This document shows, piece after piece, positions 1-13,520 of a stretch of 64,000 bases of DNA. The DNA is from the human T2T-CHM13v2.0 reference genome, Homo sapiens. Both the position numbers and the translations under genes were made by a program. How positions within the stretch are numbered: the stretch's first letter is position 1; every line of letters begins with the position of its first letter. The stretch lies in the NCBI RefSeq assembly GCF_009914755.1, contig NC_060932.1, one strand, 5' to 3'. The notes below the pieces were generated by a model. The model was not told the origin of the DNA. It saw nothing but the letters and a program-made list of their open reading frames with translations, and searched no databases.

Positions 1-1039
1 TGAGAAACTGCTCAGGAATTGTTTGCCAATTTAATTAAAGATGGTATGTTCCAACCAGAGCCCTGATCCTGAGTTCACACAGGCTTCCAAGTTCCTGGGG
101 GCATTTAGTCCAAATTAAAGTCATCCTTGCAGCGATCTTACTGAAAGGGGCTGGCTGCAATTCCCACATGGAAAACCCAGAAGTTCTGATGCTTTAGGGC
201 CTCCAATTTCATCTGTTTATTTATTGTATAATGATTGAGTACTTGATCTTGAACATACATTACTAAAAAAGCCTCTCTGGAAGTTTAACCACAAAGTGCT
301 GCTACAGGAAATGAGAAGACACCCAGAGCCGGCTTCACTGTCCAGCCTGTTTTTTGGTTAAAGGGAAATAGTCTAAGAGTAACCCCAATTTAATTTTAAT
401 TTTTTGGGGGCGGAGGCGGGATCTTTCAAACCCTAGCAAGCTAGACCAGAATGTAACACTTGCAAGCTTCTAAGTGGTAAAAAGTAGATTCAGAGAATCC
501 AGGTTTAGCGGGGACTTTAAAATCTGTGTGAGGCTTTTTCCATATTGTCACCATCTATAACCTCTGGTCTTTAAAAGAGAAAGCCCTATATTTTCCATAC
601 AAACAGGAAGTTGTATAAGATTTCTAAGCAGAGACTGATAAGCATGGTCAAAAGAATGTGAATAGCTCACAGCTTAGCCATAAAAGCAATAGAAAAGTCA
701 CCTCTTACCTAGTGTCACCAGCTCCCAAATGATGATGAGACAGCTACCCTCCAACCACAAACCACCATTCTTCACTAAAACTCCTAGCAGGGAACTGAAC
801 TGAGATAACTGCAGGTACCTTCTCAGAAAAAAAAAGAAAAAGAAAGAAAGAAAGAAAAAAAGGGGAGGAAATAAAGCATTGATTTAAAGCAGCACAGAAT
901 TAAATACCCAACCCTCATATTCCTCCCCCTTCTTCTCCTCCATCCACCACACCCTTCCAGAGGGAGGCTTTGATCAGTGTCTGCTCCAAGAAGGGGAGGG
1001 GAAGTGGAGGAACAAGAAAGCAACACTCAGTAAACAGTA

Positions 1040-1150
1040 TTATTAACCCATAGGCTTGTGATAAATCAGGCCAGGAAGGTGACCTCAGCGGGCTGGAGTA
1101 ATCCTGCATGTCACGATGAATTTATGAGGCCAATTTTATTGGCCTGCATG
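1040..1150. promoter_or_regulatory. Candidate enhancer (HOX/PBX/MEIS motif cluster)
   Basis: ATAAATCA (reverse of PBX-HOX TGATTTAT) at 1061-1068, TGTCA at 1109, TTTATGA and TTTTATTGG within palindrome AGGCCAAT-TTT-ATTGGCCT (1127-1145). Function is inferred. Confidence 0.35.
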
Positions 1151-1924
1151 ACCCAGGCTCCTTGGAGATGTCTCTGTAACAAATCCAATCCACTTCATTT
1201 ATGAGCTGTGTACTGTGTCAGCTATGGGGCCAAGCCAGACCACCCTGACCACCCTCTCCGAGAGGGCGCCTACGAGTGTGGTCTCAGAGAAGCAGTGCTC
1301 CCAAGCCATGCTGTCACTCCCAGAGAGGCAGCCAGGACTGCCTGCCCTAGGAGTTGGCACTTTCCGACTGCTTGTCCCGGGTTCTCATTCCGGTTCTGCC
1401 CTAAGAGCCAGCATGGCCCTCATCGAGGCCCTTCCCCTCTCTGGACCTCAGTTTCTCATTGCAGGATGAGAAGATCAGGTTGCCAGTATTTCTCAATGGG
1501 GCACTAGAAGCGTTTGGAGAGGAAAAACCCTGTTCACTGCAAGACGGCCAGCATCTCTGGTCCCAAGCACCACAGGTCAATAGTTCTACCCAGTCATTGG
1601 ATCATCCAAAAGTGCCCCCAACATGTTCCCAAGTGCCCTCACTTGACAGTTACTGGGAGATAATATCTAAGGTCCCACCTTGGGCACAGACATCTTAAAT
1701 GGGTCTGCAAAGGGGCCCATCTCCCTTTGCCTCCCTAACCAAAGAGCAGAAAAGCTGATGCTCCTGCTAGTGGCAGCTAGAGGGACCTCGGGTCCAGCCG
1801 GGAGCCATCCCACTGAGAGGCAGCAGCAGGAGAGAGGAAAGTCCTTTCAGCAGTGGGCCTGATGCATACGTGGCCTTCACCTGCTCTAGGTCGGCTCCCA
1901 GCGCTGGGCGGAAGGCGTTTAAGT

Positions 1925-2280
1925 CTATTTGACTGTCCCTGTCATCGTAAGGTTTACGGATGGTTAATTTATTCTTTATAGCACAGTCATTGATGGCTGT
2001 TAAATCACAAATGAGAGCCAATAAAGGGTGAATTGCAGCTGAAATTACACTGTTTATATGACAGCAGAGTGCCGGCTAAAAGATTCATATGCTGCTGATG
2101 AAGTATGTTATAAATTTTAATTACCATAGTTTGTACAAATGACATGTTTGAAATGCTATTGAGTAATGTGACCCTGATAATGAAACTATAAAATAAATCA
2201 TTAACTTTCTGAATGAGCTTTTTTATTTCAGTGCTGCACAGAGTAAACTTTTCAGTTTATTCCAGATCAGTCTTTTTATG
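1925..2280. promoter_or_regulatory. Candidate conserved non-coding enhancer
   Basis: Repeat-free AT-rich block with CTGTCA 1939, CCAATAAA 2018, TGACAG 2059, ATAAATCA 2193 and many TAAT/TTTAT cores. Conservation not tested. Confidence 0.5.
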
Positions 2281-3137
2281 CCCCCACCTTCTGCCTCTGG
2301 CCTAACCGACTCTTCTCCACCCAGGTTGGGGACAGAGGAGTGACAGGAGGCCTGGGAAAAGCCTGGGGAATCTTCCTGGCAGGACTGACCCCAGCAGACA
2401 CAGCTCAGGGGCTGGGGAAGGGAGAGTTAGCCAGGAATGGGGGTCCAGACATGCACCTTAAATAAGCCCCATAAAGTTGCCCACCCGTGAGAAGAAAGGA
2501 CTTTTTTGAACCTGCAGACCCTCTAAAGATCCCCATCCACTGGCAACTGGGCTCTGAGACTGAAGCACCCAACAGAGCCACCTGCAGCAACACCCCAGAT
2601 GCATCAGACCCTTGGGGAGACAGGCTACAGGGCGGGTGAGAGATTCACGAGAATACTGGGTCAATTTTCCCAGCCCACAGCCCAATTAGGAGTCCAGAAG
2701 AGAGAAGGCAAGATGGCATTTGGTGGATTTTCCCACTGCTAAATCATCCCTATTTCAATACATTGGTCCATCATGTTGATGAATAATCCCCTCACACTAC
2801 TCACAAGGCACATGTCACTGTGGTTAGACACATCTTGCAGAAAAGAGCCTGCAGCTCCAGAAGAAATCTGAAAGAGGAAGTCACACCAAAAGCCATTTTG
2901 GGCAACTCCCTACTCCAGGAAATCAGGGCTGAAACTCTCCAAGCAGGCATGTCCCTCTTAGTCCTGCAGGGCAGGAAATGCTTTGGTAGCTTAAGCAAAG
3001 TCATGTGCTCACGGGTCATCAGCGCATCAAGAGAACTTGGACATCCTTTAGCCCTAAAACTCTCAATGTGGTGGGGGAAAAAAATGCAGGGGAAGAGGTT
3101 TGATTCCCAAATATATAAATTCCAGAAGAAAATAATA

Positions 3138-3910
3138 TAATACAAGTGGCCAAGAAACATATGAAAAAAATGCTCATCATCACTAATCATCAGAGAAATG
3201 CAAATCAAAACCAAAATGAGACACCATCTCACATCAGTCATAAGGGCTATTACTAAAAAGTCAGAAAATAACAGATGTTGGTGAGGCTGTGGAGAAAAGA
3301 GAATGCTTATACATTGCTGGTGAGAATGTAAATCTGTCCAGCCACTGTGGAAAGAAGTCCAGAGATTTTTCAAAGAATGTAAAACAAAGCTATCATTTGA
3401 CCCAGCAATTCCATTACTGGGTATATACTCAAAAGAAAATAGGTCATTCAACCAAAAAGACACATGCACTCATGTGTTTATTGCTGAGCTATTCACAATA
3501 GCAAAAACATGGAATCAACCCGGGTGCCTATCAATGGTAGATTGGATAAAGAAAATGTGATACATATACACCTGGAATACTATGCAGCCATAAAAAGAAT
3601 GAAATCATGTCCTTTGTAGCAACATGGATGGAGCTGGAGGCCATAATCTTAAGCAAATTAACACAGGAACAGAAAACCAAATATCATACTTTTTCACTTG
3701 TAAGTGGGAGCTGAACACTGAGCATACATGGACATCAAGGTGGGAACAATAGACACTGGGGAATGCCAGAGGGTGGGAGGGTGAGTTTAAAAACTACCTC
3801 TCGGGTCCTGTGCTTACTACCTGGGTGACAGAATCTGTACTCTCAACCTCAGCATCACACAATATTCCCATGTAACACATCTGCATATATATCCTCTGTA
3901 TTTAAAATAA
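3138..3910 (+). mobile_element. L1 (L1PB/L1MA-type), 5'-truncated: ORF2 end plus 3'UTR
   Basis: Matches L1 ORF2 3' sequence (AAACATATGAAAAAAATGCTCATCATCACTAATCATCAGAGAAATGCAAATCAAAACC) through the 3'UTR; degraded; terminal AAAATAAAGTTGAAATTT displaced to ~4277-4310. Confidence 0.92.
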
Positions 3911-3917
3911 GAATGGA

Positions 3918-4280
3918 AAAGAATGAGTTCATGTCCTTTGCAGGGACATGGATGAAGCTGGAAACCATCATCCTCAGCAAACTAACCTAGGAACAGGAAA
4001 CCAAACACTGCATGTTCTCACTCATAAATGGGAGTTGAACAATGAGAACACATGGACACAGGGAGGGGAACAACACACAGTAGGGCCTGTCGAGGGGTGA
4101 GGGGAAAGGGGAGGGAAAGCATTAGGACAAATACCTAATGCATGCAGTGCTTAAAGTCCAGATGATGGGTTGATAGGTACAGCAAACCACCATAGCACAT
4201 ACATACCTATGTAACAAACTTGCAAGTTCAGTGCATATATCCTAGAACTTAAAGTAAAAAATCAAATAAAATAAATAAAA
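3918..4280 (+). mobile_element. L1PA 3' end nested in the tail of the older L1
   Basis: GAATGAGTTCATGTCCTTTGCAGGGACATGGATGAAGCTGGAAACCATCATCCTCAGCAAACT ... CCTAGAACTTAAAGTA followed by an A-rich tail. Confidence 0.92.
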
Positions 4281-4964
4281 TAAAGTTGAAATTTAAAAAA
4301 GAAAATATAAAATTTGAAAAAACCCTCAGGTGTTTCTTATGCACCCTTTCAGGGAATACCCAGCCCAGCCCTCTCACTTTGCACCTGAGGAAATGCACAC
4401 CCACTGGAGCAGGCAGAACTGGGTTTATCATCCACCCACACAACCAAGGCTAAGAGGAGAACAGAGCTTTCTCACTTGATATGGCCAGATTCTCCCCAAG
4501 GCCAGAGCTGGACAGGCAGCAGCACATCACTGATGGCAGAAATGCAGCCAGCATCCTCTCTGCTCCCCTTCCTGAGAAAAGTCACCAAGTGCACCTCTCC
4601 AGGGAGGCAGGGCCCATGTGAAGAATTGCTCTTTCTTTTCCTCTATTTCCCAGAGCAAATCTGCTCTCTGGAGTGTGCAGCACAAAAAGAAAGTCAAACT
4701 CCAAAGTGCATGCTATGGTGGTAGCCTCTCAAAGTTTCCTCCCAGTGGTGTATGGATGATGCCTGGGCATGACAGTGTGGCTTATTAAGAAGTGCTGTCA
4801 TTCAAAGGCCTTCCACCTGCCAGTGATGAAAGAGAAGTGGCATTGGCTGCACATCTCATTCTATAGATGAGCAAATGGGAACAAACCCAAAAAGTGATTT
4901 GTCTTAGGTCACAGAGCACGTGGATAGCCGGAGCAAGAAGAAGATCTAAATATTTTCATGATTA

Positions 4965-5290
4965 AGCTGGGAAATTCAAAATATGACTAGATATTAGATA
5001 ATATGAAGGAATTATTGTTAATTTTTTAAGGTCTGATAGCAGTATTGCAATTTTTTTCTTTTTTACTTTTAGCAATGTCTACTAAAGTGATAACAGATGA
5101 AATGGTATGATAACTATGGTTTACTCCAAAATAATCCAAGGTGAGAAGAATAGGGGGGCAATGGTTGGATGAAACAAGCTAGGACATGAGTGGATTCTGC
5201 TAAAGCTGGTGATAGGTATTTGGGGGTTCATTATGCTATCCCTTTTCTGTATATGCTTTAAATTTTCCATAGTAACAAAAATTAAAATTA
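4965..5290 (+). mobile_element. Old L1 (L1MC/L1ME-type) 3'UTR fragment
   Basis: GATATTAGATAATATGAAGGAATTATTGTTAATTTT ... GGGGGTTCATTATGCTAT ... AAATTTTCCATAGTAACAAAA resembles old L1M 3' ends. Confidence 0.75.
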
Positions 5291-5749
5291 AATACCTAAA
5301 TGCCCTGGCCCCCAAAATCCACCACAGTGTTCATTCTCTCGTGCATTCTAAGCAATGCCAGGCTGGAACTAAAGATCAGCCTTCCTAGCTCCAGGGAGCG
5401 TGTTTCCAGTAATATGTAGGAGGATGTGAACTTTTTCCTTTCCCTTTGCTGGGGGAGAAAGTCTCAGCAAGGAGGGACTGGCCTCAGGATACAGCCAGTC
5501 CACATCATTGGAGAGAGAGGCTCCTGAGTCTGGAAGCTTCCTGGCACCAACACAGCCAGAAGCGGAGGTTCTGCCCAGGCAGTACTCAGATCCATGCTAT
5601 TTACTTGATCAGGTCTCTTCATCTCTTGAAGCCCTGGTTTCTTCATTTGTGAACCTAAAGTGATAGCCCCAGTTTGCCTATGTCAAAAGATGCAAGGATC
5701 AAATTAAATAATGAAGGTGGATTCCTAGAGCGATAGTAGAGTATCTGTA

Positions 5750-5920
5750 TCTAAATCCCATCTCCACTTCAGATTAGCTCTGTGGTTCAGACAAGCTTCT
5801 CCATCTCTCTTGCCTCAGGGTCCTCCACAACAAAAGTAGGGTTGTTGCAAGGATTCATTGAATTAATATATGCAAACAACTAAGAACAATACAAGACATT
5901 ATGTAAGTGATTATTGTTAT
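5750..5920 (+). mobile_element. MIR
   Basis: AAATCCCATCTCCACTT ... GCCTCAG ... AGGGTTGTTGCAAGGATT matches the MIR core and tail. Confidence 0.7.
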
Positions 5921-6489
5921 TGCTCTATAATGGTATACTAACATAACATGTCAATATTATTAAAGGAACCATGGAGTGTTATATTAGAAAGGAACTTGGG
6001 AAGTTATTTATTCCACACTCCACTTTTCAGAGAATCAGAAAGGCGATGTGACTTATCTGGAATCTCGTAACAAGGCAGGGACAGAATGGATCCTGGAGCA
6101 ACACCAAGGCCAGTGTTCATTCTGCAACCCCACTACATCCACTCCACGAAGCAGGTGGCCATTTCTTATTTCTTATTGCTCATAAGGAGGCCCACACAGA
6201 GTCACATCCTCAATCCAGATCTTGTGCTGGACAAGCAAGCCCAGGAGTCCCAAAGCCCAGTGCCTCACCGGTCTGTAATGGCAGAGGACATGTGGGTTGG
6301 AGGAGAATCCCCAGCTCCTTGTTCCACACCTGATCCCTGGAGAGCAGACCAGGGCAGCCATGAGCTTCAGCTGTGTCCCTTGCCTTCCATGGTCCATTCC
6401 TGAAGAGTGGGCAGCACTTCCCATGCCTCCCCTCGGACTTCGCCGCCACCACAAAAACATTTTCAAGGCGATGGTGCAAGCTGCCCTAC

Positions 6490-6780
6490 TTACCATTAAG
6501 AGAAAGGACCACATTATTGCTGTTATAAACCATTGATTAAGGTTTATAATAGCAATAATCCCCTCGAAATTCATTGTTACTGCAGTTAATGGCCAGTTTA
6601 TTAGAGCGTTAACCATCCTTGGCAATGGGCTGAGTCGTTTAATGTGGGTAACGACCAATTTCTCAAGGATTATTGCTTAAATAACAATTCTTTGGGAGAT
6701 GTATGTGCCACCACAAGGTGCGGCTCTGGCTGGAAGCTTCTCCTCAGAAATAATTGTTAATTATTTCCTCAGGGTTGCAC
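6490..6780. promoter_or_regulatory. Candidate conserved element containing a 19-bp inverted repeat
   Basis: Repeat-free TAAT-rich block; arms 6513-6531 and 6541-6559 are reverse complements with one G:T. Confidence 0.5.
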
Positions 6781-7121
6781 CACCAGCACTGTACCTAACA
6801 AATCCCAAACAATGAGCTTCTTATGGCAATGCTTCAGAGGCACCAAAGAATCAAACTGTTGGACCAGGGCCTAGAGCAGGAGCTGTGCCCTTCTGTGAAG
6901 GGATCAGAAACAGAGCAGCCACCATGATGGCTTCTGGCCTCCCAAGCAACAGCACCACCGGGAAACAGTATCTGGCTTTTCATGGAGACGACTCCTTCCT
7001 CTTCACGTGACTTCATTTCCAGAATTTTCTACCTGTCCAAGCCCTCCACCCATTCCCTTGACAGGTAGGGGAAAGTAGGGCCAGCCAAGAGGCTGGAGAA
7101 AGGACCAAAAAATGGGAAGCA

Positions 7122-7423
7122 GCCGGGCATCGTGGCTCATGCCTGTAACCCCAGCACTTTGAGAGGCCAAGACGGGTGGGTCACTAGAGGCCAGGAGTTC
7201 GAGACCACCCTGGCCAACATGGCAAAACCCCATCTCTACTGAAAATACAAAAATTGGCCGGGCCATGGTGGTGCACACCTGTAATTCCAGCTACTCAGGA
7301 GGCTGAGGCACAAAAATCACTTGAACCTAAGAGGTGGAGATTGCAGTGAGCCGTCATCGTGCCACTGCACTCCAGCCTGGGTGACAGAGTGAGACACCAT
7401 CTCAAAAACAAACAAACAAACAA
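7122..7423 (+). mobile_element. Alu (AluS-like), full length
   Basis: Dimeric Alu with (CAAA)n tail; TSD AAAA(A/G)TGGGAAGCA on both sides. Confidence 0.97.
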
Positions 7424-7689
7424 TGAAAAGTGGGAAGCATGACCAACCGAGGCCTCATAATGGTTTAAGACACTCTGGAGCAGAGTCTACACCAGGACCT
7501 AGGAGACTTGGTCAGATGGGGCAGCAGGCACTGAATGGTACCCACTAATTTGCACAGTGCTGAAGTACTGGTAGTCTGTCTGCAGCCACTGGCTGCTTTG
7601 GGGTTTGTTTCAGGCAGAAAGAAAACAACCGGGGCCAGATTATATGCTTTAATCATTAAATACAATGATAAAGCCAGGGGTCTTTTTAA

Positions 7690-7795
7690 TTATCCAGGTC
7701 TCTTTATTGTACAGGTGAAAACTAAGGGCCCAGAGAGATTAGGAGGCTTGGCTATGTCACACAGCCACTTAGAGAAGAGCTGGAAGTACATCTTG
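7690..7795 (-). mobile_element. MIR fragment
   Basis: TGTACAGGTGAAAACTAAGGGCCCAGAGAG ... GTCACACAGC is the reverse MIR core. Confidence 0.65.
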
Positions 7796-8975
7796 GTCTC
7801 CATTTTTCCTTTATCAACCTCAAGACAACCTTTTTGGACAGATCCAAATGAGGAAATTTTTCTCAAGAAATAGGATCACAGCCCAATAGGGAGAGAATGC
7901 AGAGACAAAGCACTCCCGAGCTCATGAGCACTTAAACAAGAGTCTCAGAAGAAGCCAATGATCTGATCCTCCCACTCCTCCTCCTCCCCAACTGTCTTTT
8001 TATGTATAACTCAATCCAGGTATTTCATCACATTAACTATTTTCTATCACTTTATATTAGCACTGGTATTTCAATAACTTTTATTTTTTTGACATGATCT
8101 GAGAGCTACTGATATGATTACACTCTAATTGCATTATATTAACTAAAATAAATACTAATAGGGTGTGAACCTAACATAATAAGATAGCAAATTGCTATCA
8201 CAGTGCCAGGGCAGGCAAGAGAGAAAACTGCTGATTCACTCAACAAACACATATTAAGGTCCTGTTATGTGTGGAGCACTAAGGCAACTTCCTTTTTTCT
8301 CATCATCTCCAAAAACTAACTTGGTACAATAACAGAAAGTGAGGTGTCAAAGCCTCCTTGAATCTATGAATCCTTCAACCTCCATGTTTTGACTGAACAG
8401 CAAGAATCATTACCCATATATAACAGCAAGGGGGAGAATAAACGTCTCTCCCAGGAGCTCAGTGAAGTAAATGTCTAGTAACTCATCATTGCCCTCACCC
8501 TTCAGACACATAGATCCACCTTCATCCTGGAGGCCAGATAAACCCACAAGGGTCGCTGCAGCTCCCAAGTATCAGGCATGTAGAACCCGGTTGAGACAAA
8601 AGGTAGAAACTTCTCTCCCCTGCTCTCTCGCTGAGGCTCCCACCAAGGCTCTGACATCATGGTGGAGAAATTGGACACCATTTTCCACAAGTTATAATGT
8701 TTATGAGTCCAAATGTCATCTTTTTCTGAAATCATCAAACTGAATTCATGGTTGTGTAGATTAGAGAAATAATCTTGTTAAATCACAATAGTTCTAGATG
8801 TTCTACCCAATTTCCCAATGGCACTACTGTCCACATGTTTATAGAATATTACAAAATTTCTATTTTCAGCCATGCAAGATAGTAGTATCAACTATGAATC
8901 ATGCTTAAGCACCATATAGATCCACTGTCTCAAGTAAATAAGTTAATATATATGTAAAGTGTTTAAGAGTGCCTG

Positions 8976-9094
8976 TTTGGAGGCTGAGGCAAGAGGATTG
9001 GACTGCTTGAGCCCCGGGGATAAAAAATACAGTGAGCCATGTTCACTCCAGCCTGGGTGACAGATCAAGACCCTGTCTCAAAAAGAAAAAAAAA
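8976..9094 (+). mobile_element. 5'-truncated Alu right arm inserted in a MIR tail
   Basis: GGAGGCTGAGGCAAGAGGATT ... CACTCCAGCCTGGGTGACAGA plus poly(A); TSD AAGAGTGCCTG at 8965-8975 and 9095-9105; MIR tail sequence on both sides. Confidence 0.9.
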
Positions 9095-9534
9095 AAGAGT
9101 GCCTGGAACATAGTAAAGGCTCAACAAACATTAGCAGTTACTACTGTTGGCTACTATGTAAAGCCTGATACCAAATGTGATCAAAATCAGTCTATAATTT
9201 CCCACACAAAATCATAATAGAAATACAGTAAGTTCAATCACTGAAATGAAACCAATGTAACGTAATGTGTTCAGTAACTCTCTAAATTGTCAACACTTTA
9301 CCATGAGAGTATATCTACATGTGTGTATCCGTGATATGATACATAGAAACAATTTCTGTGAGGGGCTAATACAGTTGATCCGTCACTACCATCCTTGCCT
9401 TCAACAAGGGCAGAATATCCAGAATAGGTCTTCAGCCCATCAGCAAGATGCACTTTTCTCCACCAAGGCTCCAATAGTCTACCATGGGTTCCCTCTGATT
9501 CTTTTCATTCCTCTGCTCTGAACTCAGTTGCTCT

Positions 9535-9830
9535 CAACATTTTTTGAGCATTTTCAACGTGCCACGAACATGGAGATGCAAAGAAGAATAGCATCCCTGC
9601 CCTGAAGCAACCAAAAGACAAGGGCCAAAGAGCTAACAGGAATACAAGGTAGTAAGTGCTACATCCCCTAGACTGTGAATGGAGGATGGAAGAGAAGGGG
9701 AGGAGGCAAAGGGAGGCGCTTCCTAGACTGCGCAAGCACAGCCGAGGAGCCATTATTCCTGCCTAGCAAAAGGGAACACCACCCAGGAGGTAACATTTGA
9801 ACTACAACTAGAGCTAGCTTACCAATGTGT
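9535..9830 (-). mobile_element. L2 3' fragment
   Basis: CAACATTTTTTGAGCA ... GTGCCA ... CATCCCTGCCCTGAAG resembles the reverse L2 3' end. Confidence 0.55.
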
Positions 9831-12815
9831 GGGCTAACCACTTGTTTAAGGAACCCACAAAGCAGAAACATGGAGGAGGGAGAGAGAGGAAGAATGAGAG
9901 GGAGGAAGGATAGTTCAGCTTTGATGACTTAGAAATTTAACTAGAAAATTGGGAGGGGGGTTAATTTCAGCATGTGTACGTTTAATGTCATATCAGAAAA
10001 CTTTTTTAAAAGTGTTAGTAACATATTAACAGGTGGGCATTAATACTGAGGGCCTAGAAAAGAATTCAAGTATTCAAACTGAATTTTATAAAGCAGACAT
10101 GGAAGGAGGGTCAAAGAGAATGCAAACATAGAACGTCAGGGCCTGAAGAAGCACAGAGATCTCATTAGGCCAGTCTCCTGCTTTGAAGCTTGCCTCAAAC
10201 TATCCAAGCAGATTACTAGCTCTTGACTTCACTCCCAGGAGCCTTTTTCCAATATTTGAAGAAGGAGTTACATCTCTTAGGGGAGCACCTTATAGCTGAG
10301 AGGCATTTGGGAAAAAAAAAAAAAAAAAAAGAAAAAATTGGGGAAAAGCCCAGACACTAAGCTCAAGTGACCCTGTAGCTTACGATCAGGAGAGAATAGC
10401 AATTTCTTACTGTAGCTGCTTTCTTTTTCTGGCTCCTGAAATCCCATAAAGATGCTATTGAGCCTCACTGCCTGTTGGTATCTCAGACAAAGAGCTGTCA
10501 CCTGAACAGAATGATTTTCCTTCCCTTGACAGTGGACTTTCTTTGGAGGGCAAGGGGAAATGGTAAAGGGATGTTCTTTGGTTTTAAGTGGGACTCTTTC
10601 AATGGAGCATTACCTTTCCATCTTGTTTTACTTTTTATCTTTATCTCTAAGTTTTTATCATCATTCTATTTCTTCTTTGTTTTTCTAGCTTCGTTGGGTC
10701 CCTAAGCCCTCCTGGCTCACAGTATCAGAACAGTCAACAGTGTTCTGACCCATCCTTCCTTCCTGCCCCAAGTCAAGCCATTGGAGTCACATTACAAAGG
10801 TGGAAGAGTTTTCTGCATCATTCCATATGATGAATCTGGAACCCCAGAAGCAGCAATTCAGATTTTCTCAGGGGCTCAGGGCTCCTCTGTTTCTCCCAGG
10901 AATCCTTTGGTTAAAGTAGGTAGGGGTGAGAGGTCAGAACTAAATTCCCATCCAGCAGGTTTGACAGGTACATAGCATGTAGCAAGACTAAAAGCCCCAA
11001 TTCCACTCCCTAATTAAAAACATTTTTCATTCCAAACCTATAAAAGGCAGATGTGCTGCATTCCCTCAACCACAGATCGCTGCTCTATATTGAGTGCGGC
11101 AGCTCCAATCCTTCTTTCCCAGGGCTTGAAAATAGAAGGCCATCAAAGCAGCGTAATCGGTGTTTCTTCCTCCACCTCCTCCTCACCCCCTCTATTTCCT
11201 CTTTTGCCGAAAAATATTCATTTCCATCTTTGCAGGGGTTATGTGTTTTAAGCTTCTTACGACACCTCCATGCTGAAATGGAGTGGGATGGTAGCCCATC
11301 TTCCAGGATAGACAGAAGGCAGCTCTTATACTTTATTATTCTAAAATGCCTTTTAACCTGGATTTTTTTTTAAACAAAAAAGAAGTTCAGGCAGCAGACC
11401 TGGCTTCATCAGCCGTACCGTGAATTTATTCAGGCCCTCTTCAGTTCAGGCATCTAGAAGCCAACTCTTGGGAAGAAGAATGAGTGAAGCGCTTGCCAAG
11501 AGGTGGTCAGAAAAATGAAATAAACACTTGCTTATAGTGTTTTTCTACCTTCGATGACTCCTTTACTCCTGAAACGCCTGGAGTTAAGACACTCAGTGTG
11601 ATTACCTGGTACTGAAAGTTGCAAGTCAAATTCAGAGCATGCTGCCAATGTTTATTTGTAAATCAGCTCTCAGAACCTCTGTTTGAGTAGAGGGAGGGAG
11701 AGGATCCTATATCCATTTGTTTTTGTTCATCTGTTTCTTTAAAGGGTTCTCAAACGCCTTTTGTTTGGGATCTTCTCTGCTTTACTCCCAATGATTCTCT
11801 ATATTACTCAAGGACAGGATCGCCAAGCATTCCTTCAGAACTGTTTCTCCACTGGGTCCAGCGAATGCCCTGAATTCAAAGTCAACCACAAGGAGAAGGT
11901 TTTTGGTGGATAAATGTGAGGCTTTCCACTGGCTTGGGCCTCTTGCCATACTTGAGGTGCTCTCTCGTTTTGTGCACTTTTTCTGGGTTCCAACCAAATG
12001 GTCTTATTAAATGTTAAAAAAAAAAATTGCAGTTGTGAGTGATATCAAATACAATCAATAAACCTGAAGGAAAAGAGATCCCAAGGCATTCACAAGACAC
12101 TTTTAAGATTTAATTGTTCCACAGAATTTTAAGCAAGTAGTAATAAGAAACTAAATTGCATGAAACCAAATATTTTGCTCTAGGCTTCTAATTCATCTCA
12201 CTTGCTGGTTCCCAAGGGCTGGTGCCAGCACTGTGCAGCCCGGGACTTTCCAGTACAGACAGGGATTGTGCTTCATGCAAGCTAAAGAACTTCCCTGTCT
12301 CTTTGAAATGCGGCAGTTGATCAAAGTCTTCCTTACGATGAAAACGCCTGGGATCAAGGACCTAGCTGGCTGAACAGGCTGAAAGATATATTTTACTAAA
12401 TACAGGGCCCACTTTCTTGTTTATTTCTTAAAAGTGAAAGATCTTGAGGGTTTCTGGAAAAGTCATGGGGGAGGGGAATCTGGTACCAAGAATGAGAGCT
12501 GCATCCAGGCATTAGCAGGCACTGAGAAGCAGTGTCAGTTGCTCCAGGGAGGTGCAGCGCAGTCCTAGCAGCTGCAGAGTCTGGAAGCCTCAGGCTGCTT
12601 CCCTGTACTTCTCAAAGGTTGAGAGGACCTGTTAATGAGGCGTATCTGCTTCCTCTTGGCTAGACCACTTGGGATAGAAGGAATCCCTCAATTCCCTAAG
12701 AAAAGCCTGCCACAAACACTCTACAGACACACAGGCAAAGCACAGGCAAGAGCCCCTCCCCTCCTATCACAGTTCAAAGGATCTTTTGTCCGTTCTGACC
12801 AGGGATACCATATCA

Positions 12816-13198
<383 letters not shown>

Positions 13199-13309
13199 AG
13201 AAATGTATTGCTGCAGAGGTTTAGATGAGGGGAGATGGGCGGTTAGGGATGTGAGATTTGAGATTTGAGGAGCTGAGTGCTTGAGAATAGTAGGCAGTTG
13301 AGTCTGGTA

Positions 13310-13520
13310 AAACAAGCACAGGCTCTAGGGTTGAGAAGACTTTTACATCCTAATCTTGGGAAAGCTTACTTTCTCTAAGCCTCAGTTTCCTTATCTATAA
13401 ACAGAAACAGCAATAGTTCCTACTCCATAAAGACAGTGTGGTAGTAGTGAATAAAGAGCCCAAGCAAAGTAGCTTGGGCTATCCCTGGCACTTAGTAGGT
13501 GCTCAGTAAATAGTATATAT
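13310..13520 (+). mobile_element. MIR
   Basis: CTCTAAGCCTCAGTTTCCTTATCTATAAA ... CCTGGCACTTAGTAGGTGCTCAGTAAAT. Confidence 0.8.

Noticed and set aside
2801-3469. Longest ORF (222 aa, minus strand)
   Set aside because: Its first half is antisense L1 sequence and the rest resembles no protein I recognise.
8183-8199. Palindrome GATAGCAA-A-TTGCTATC
   Set aside because: 8-bp arms are within chance expectation and there is no supporting context.
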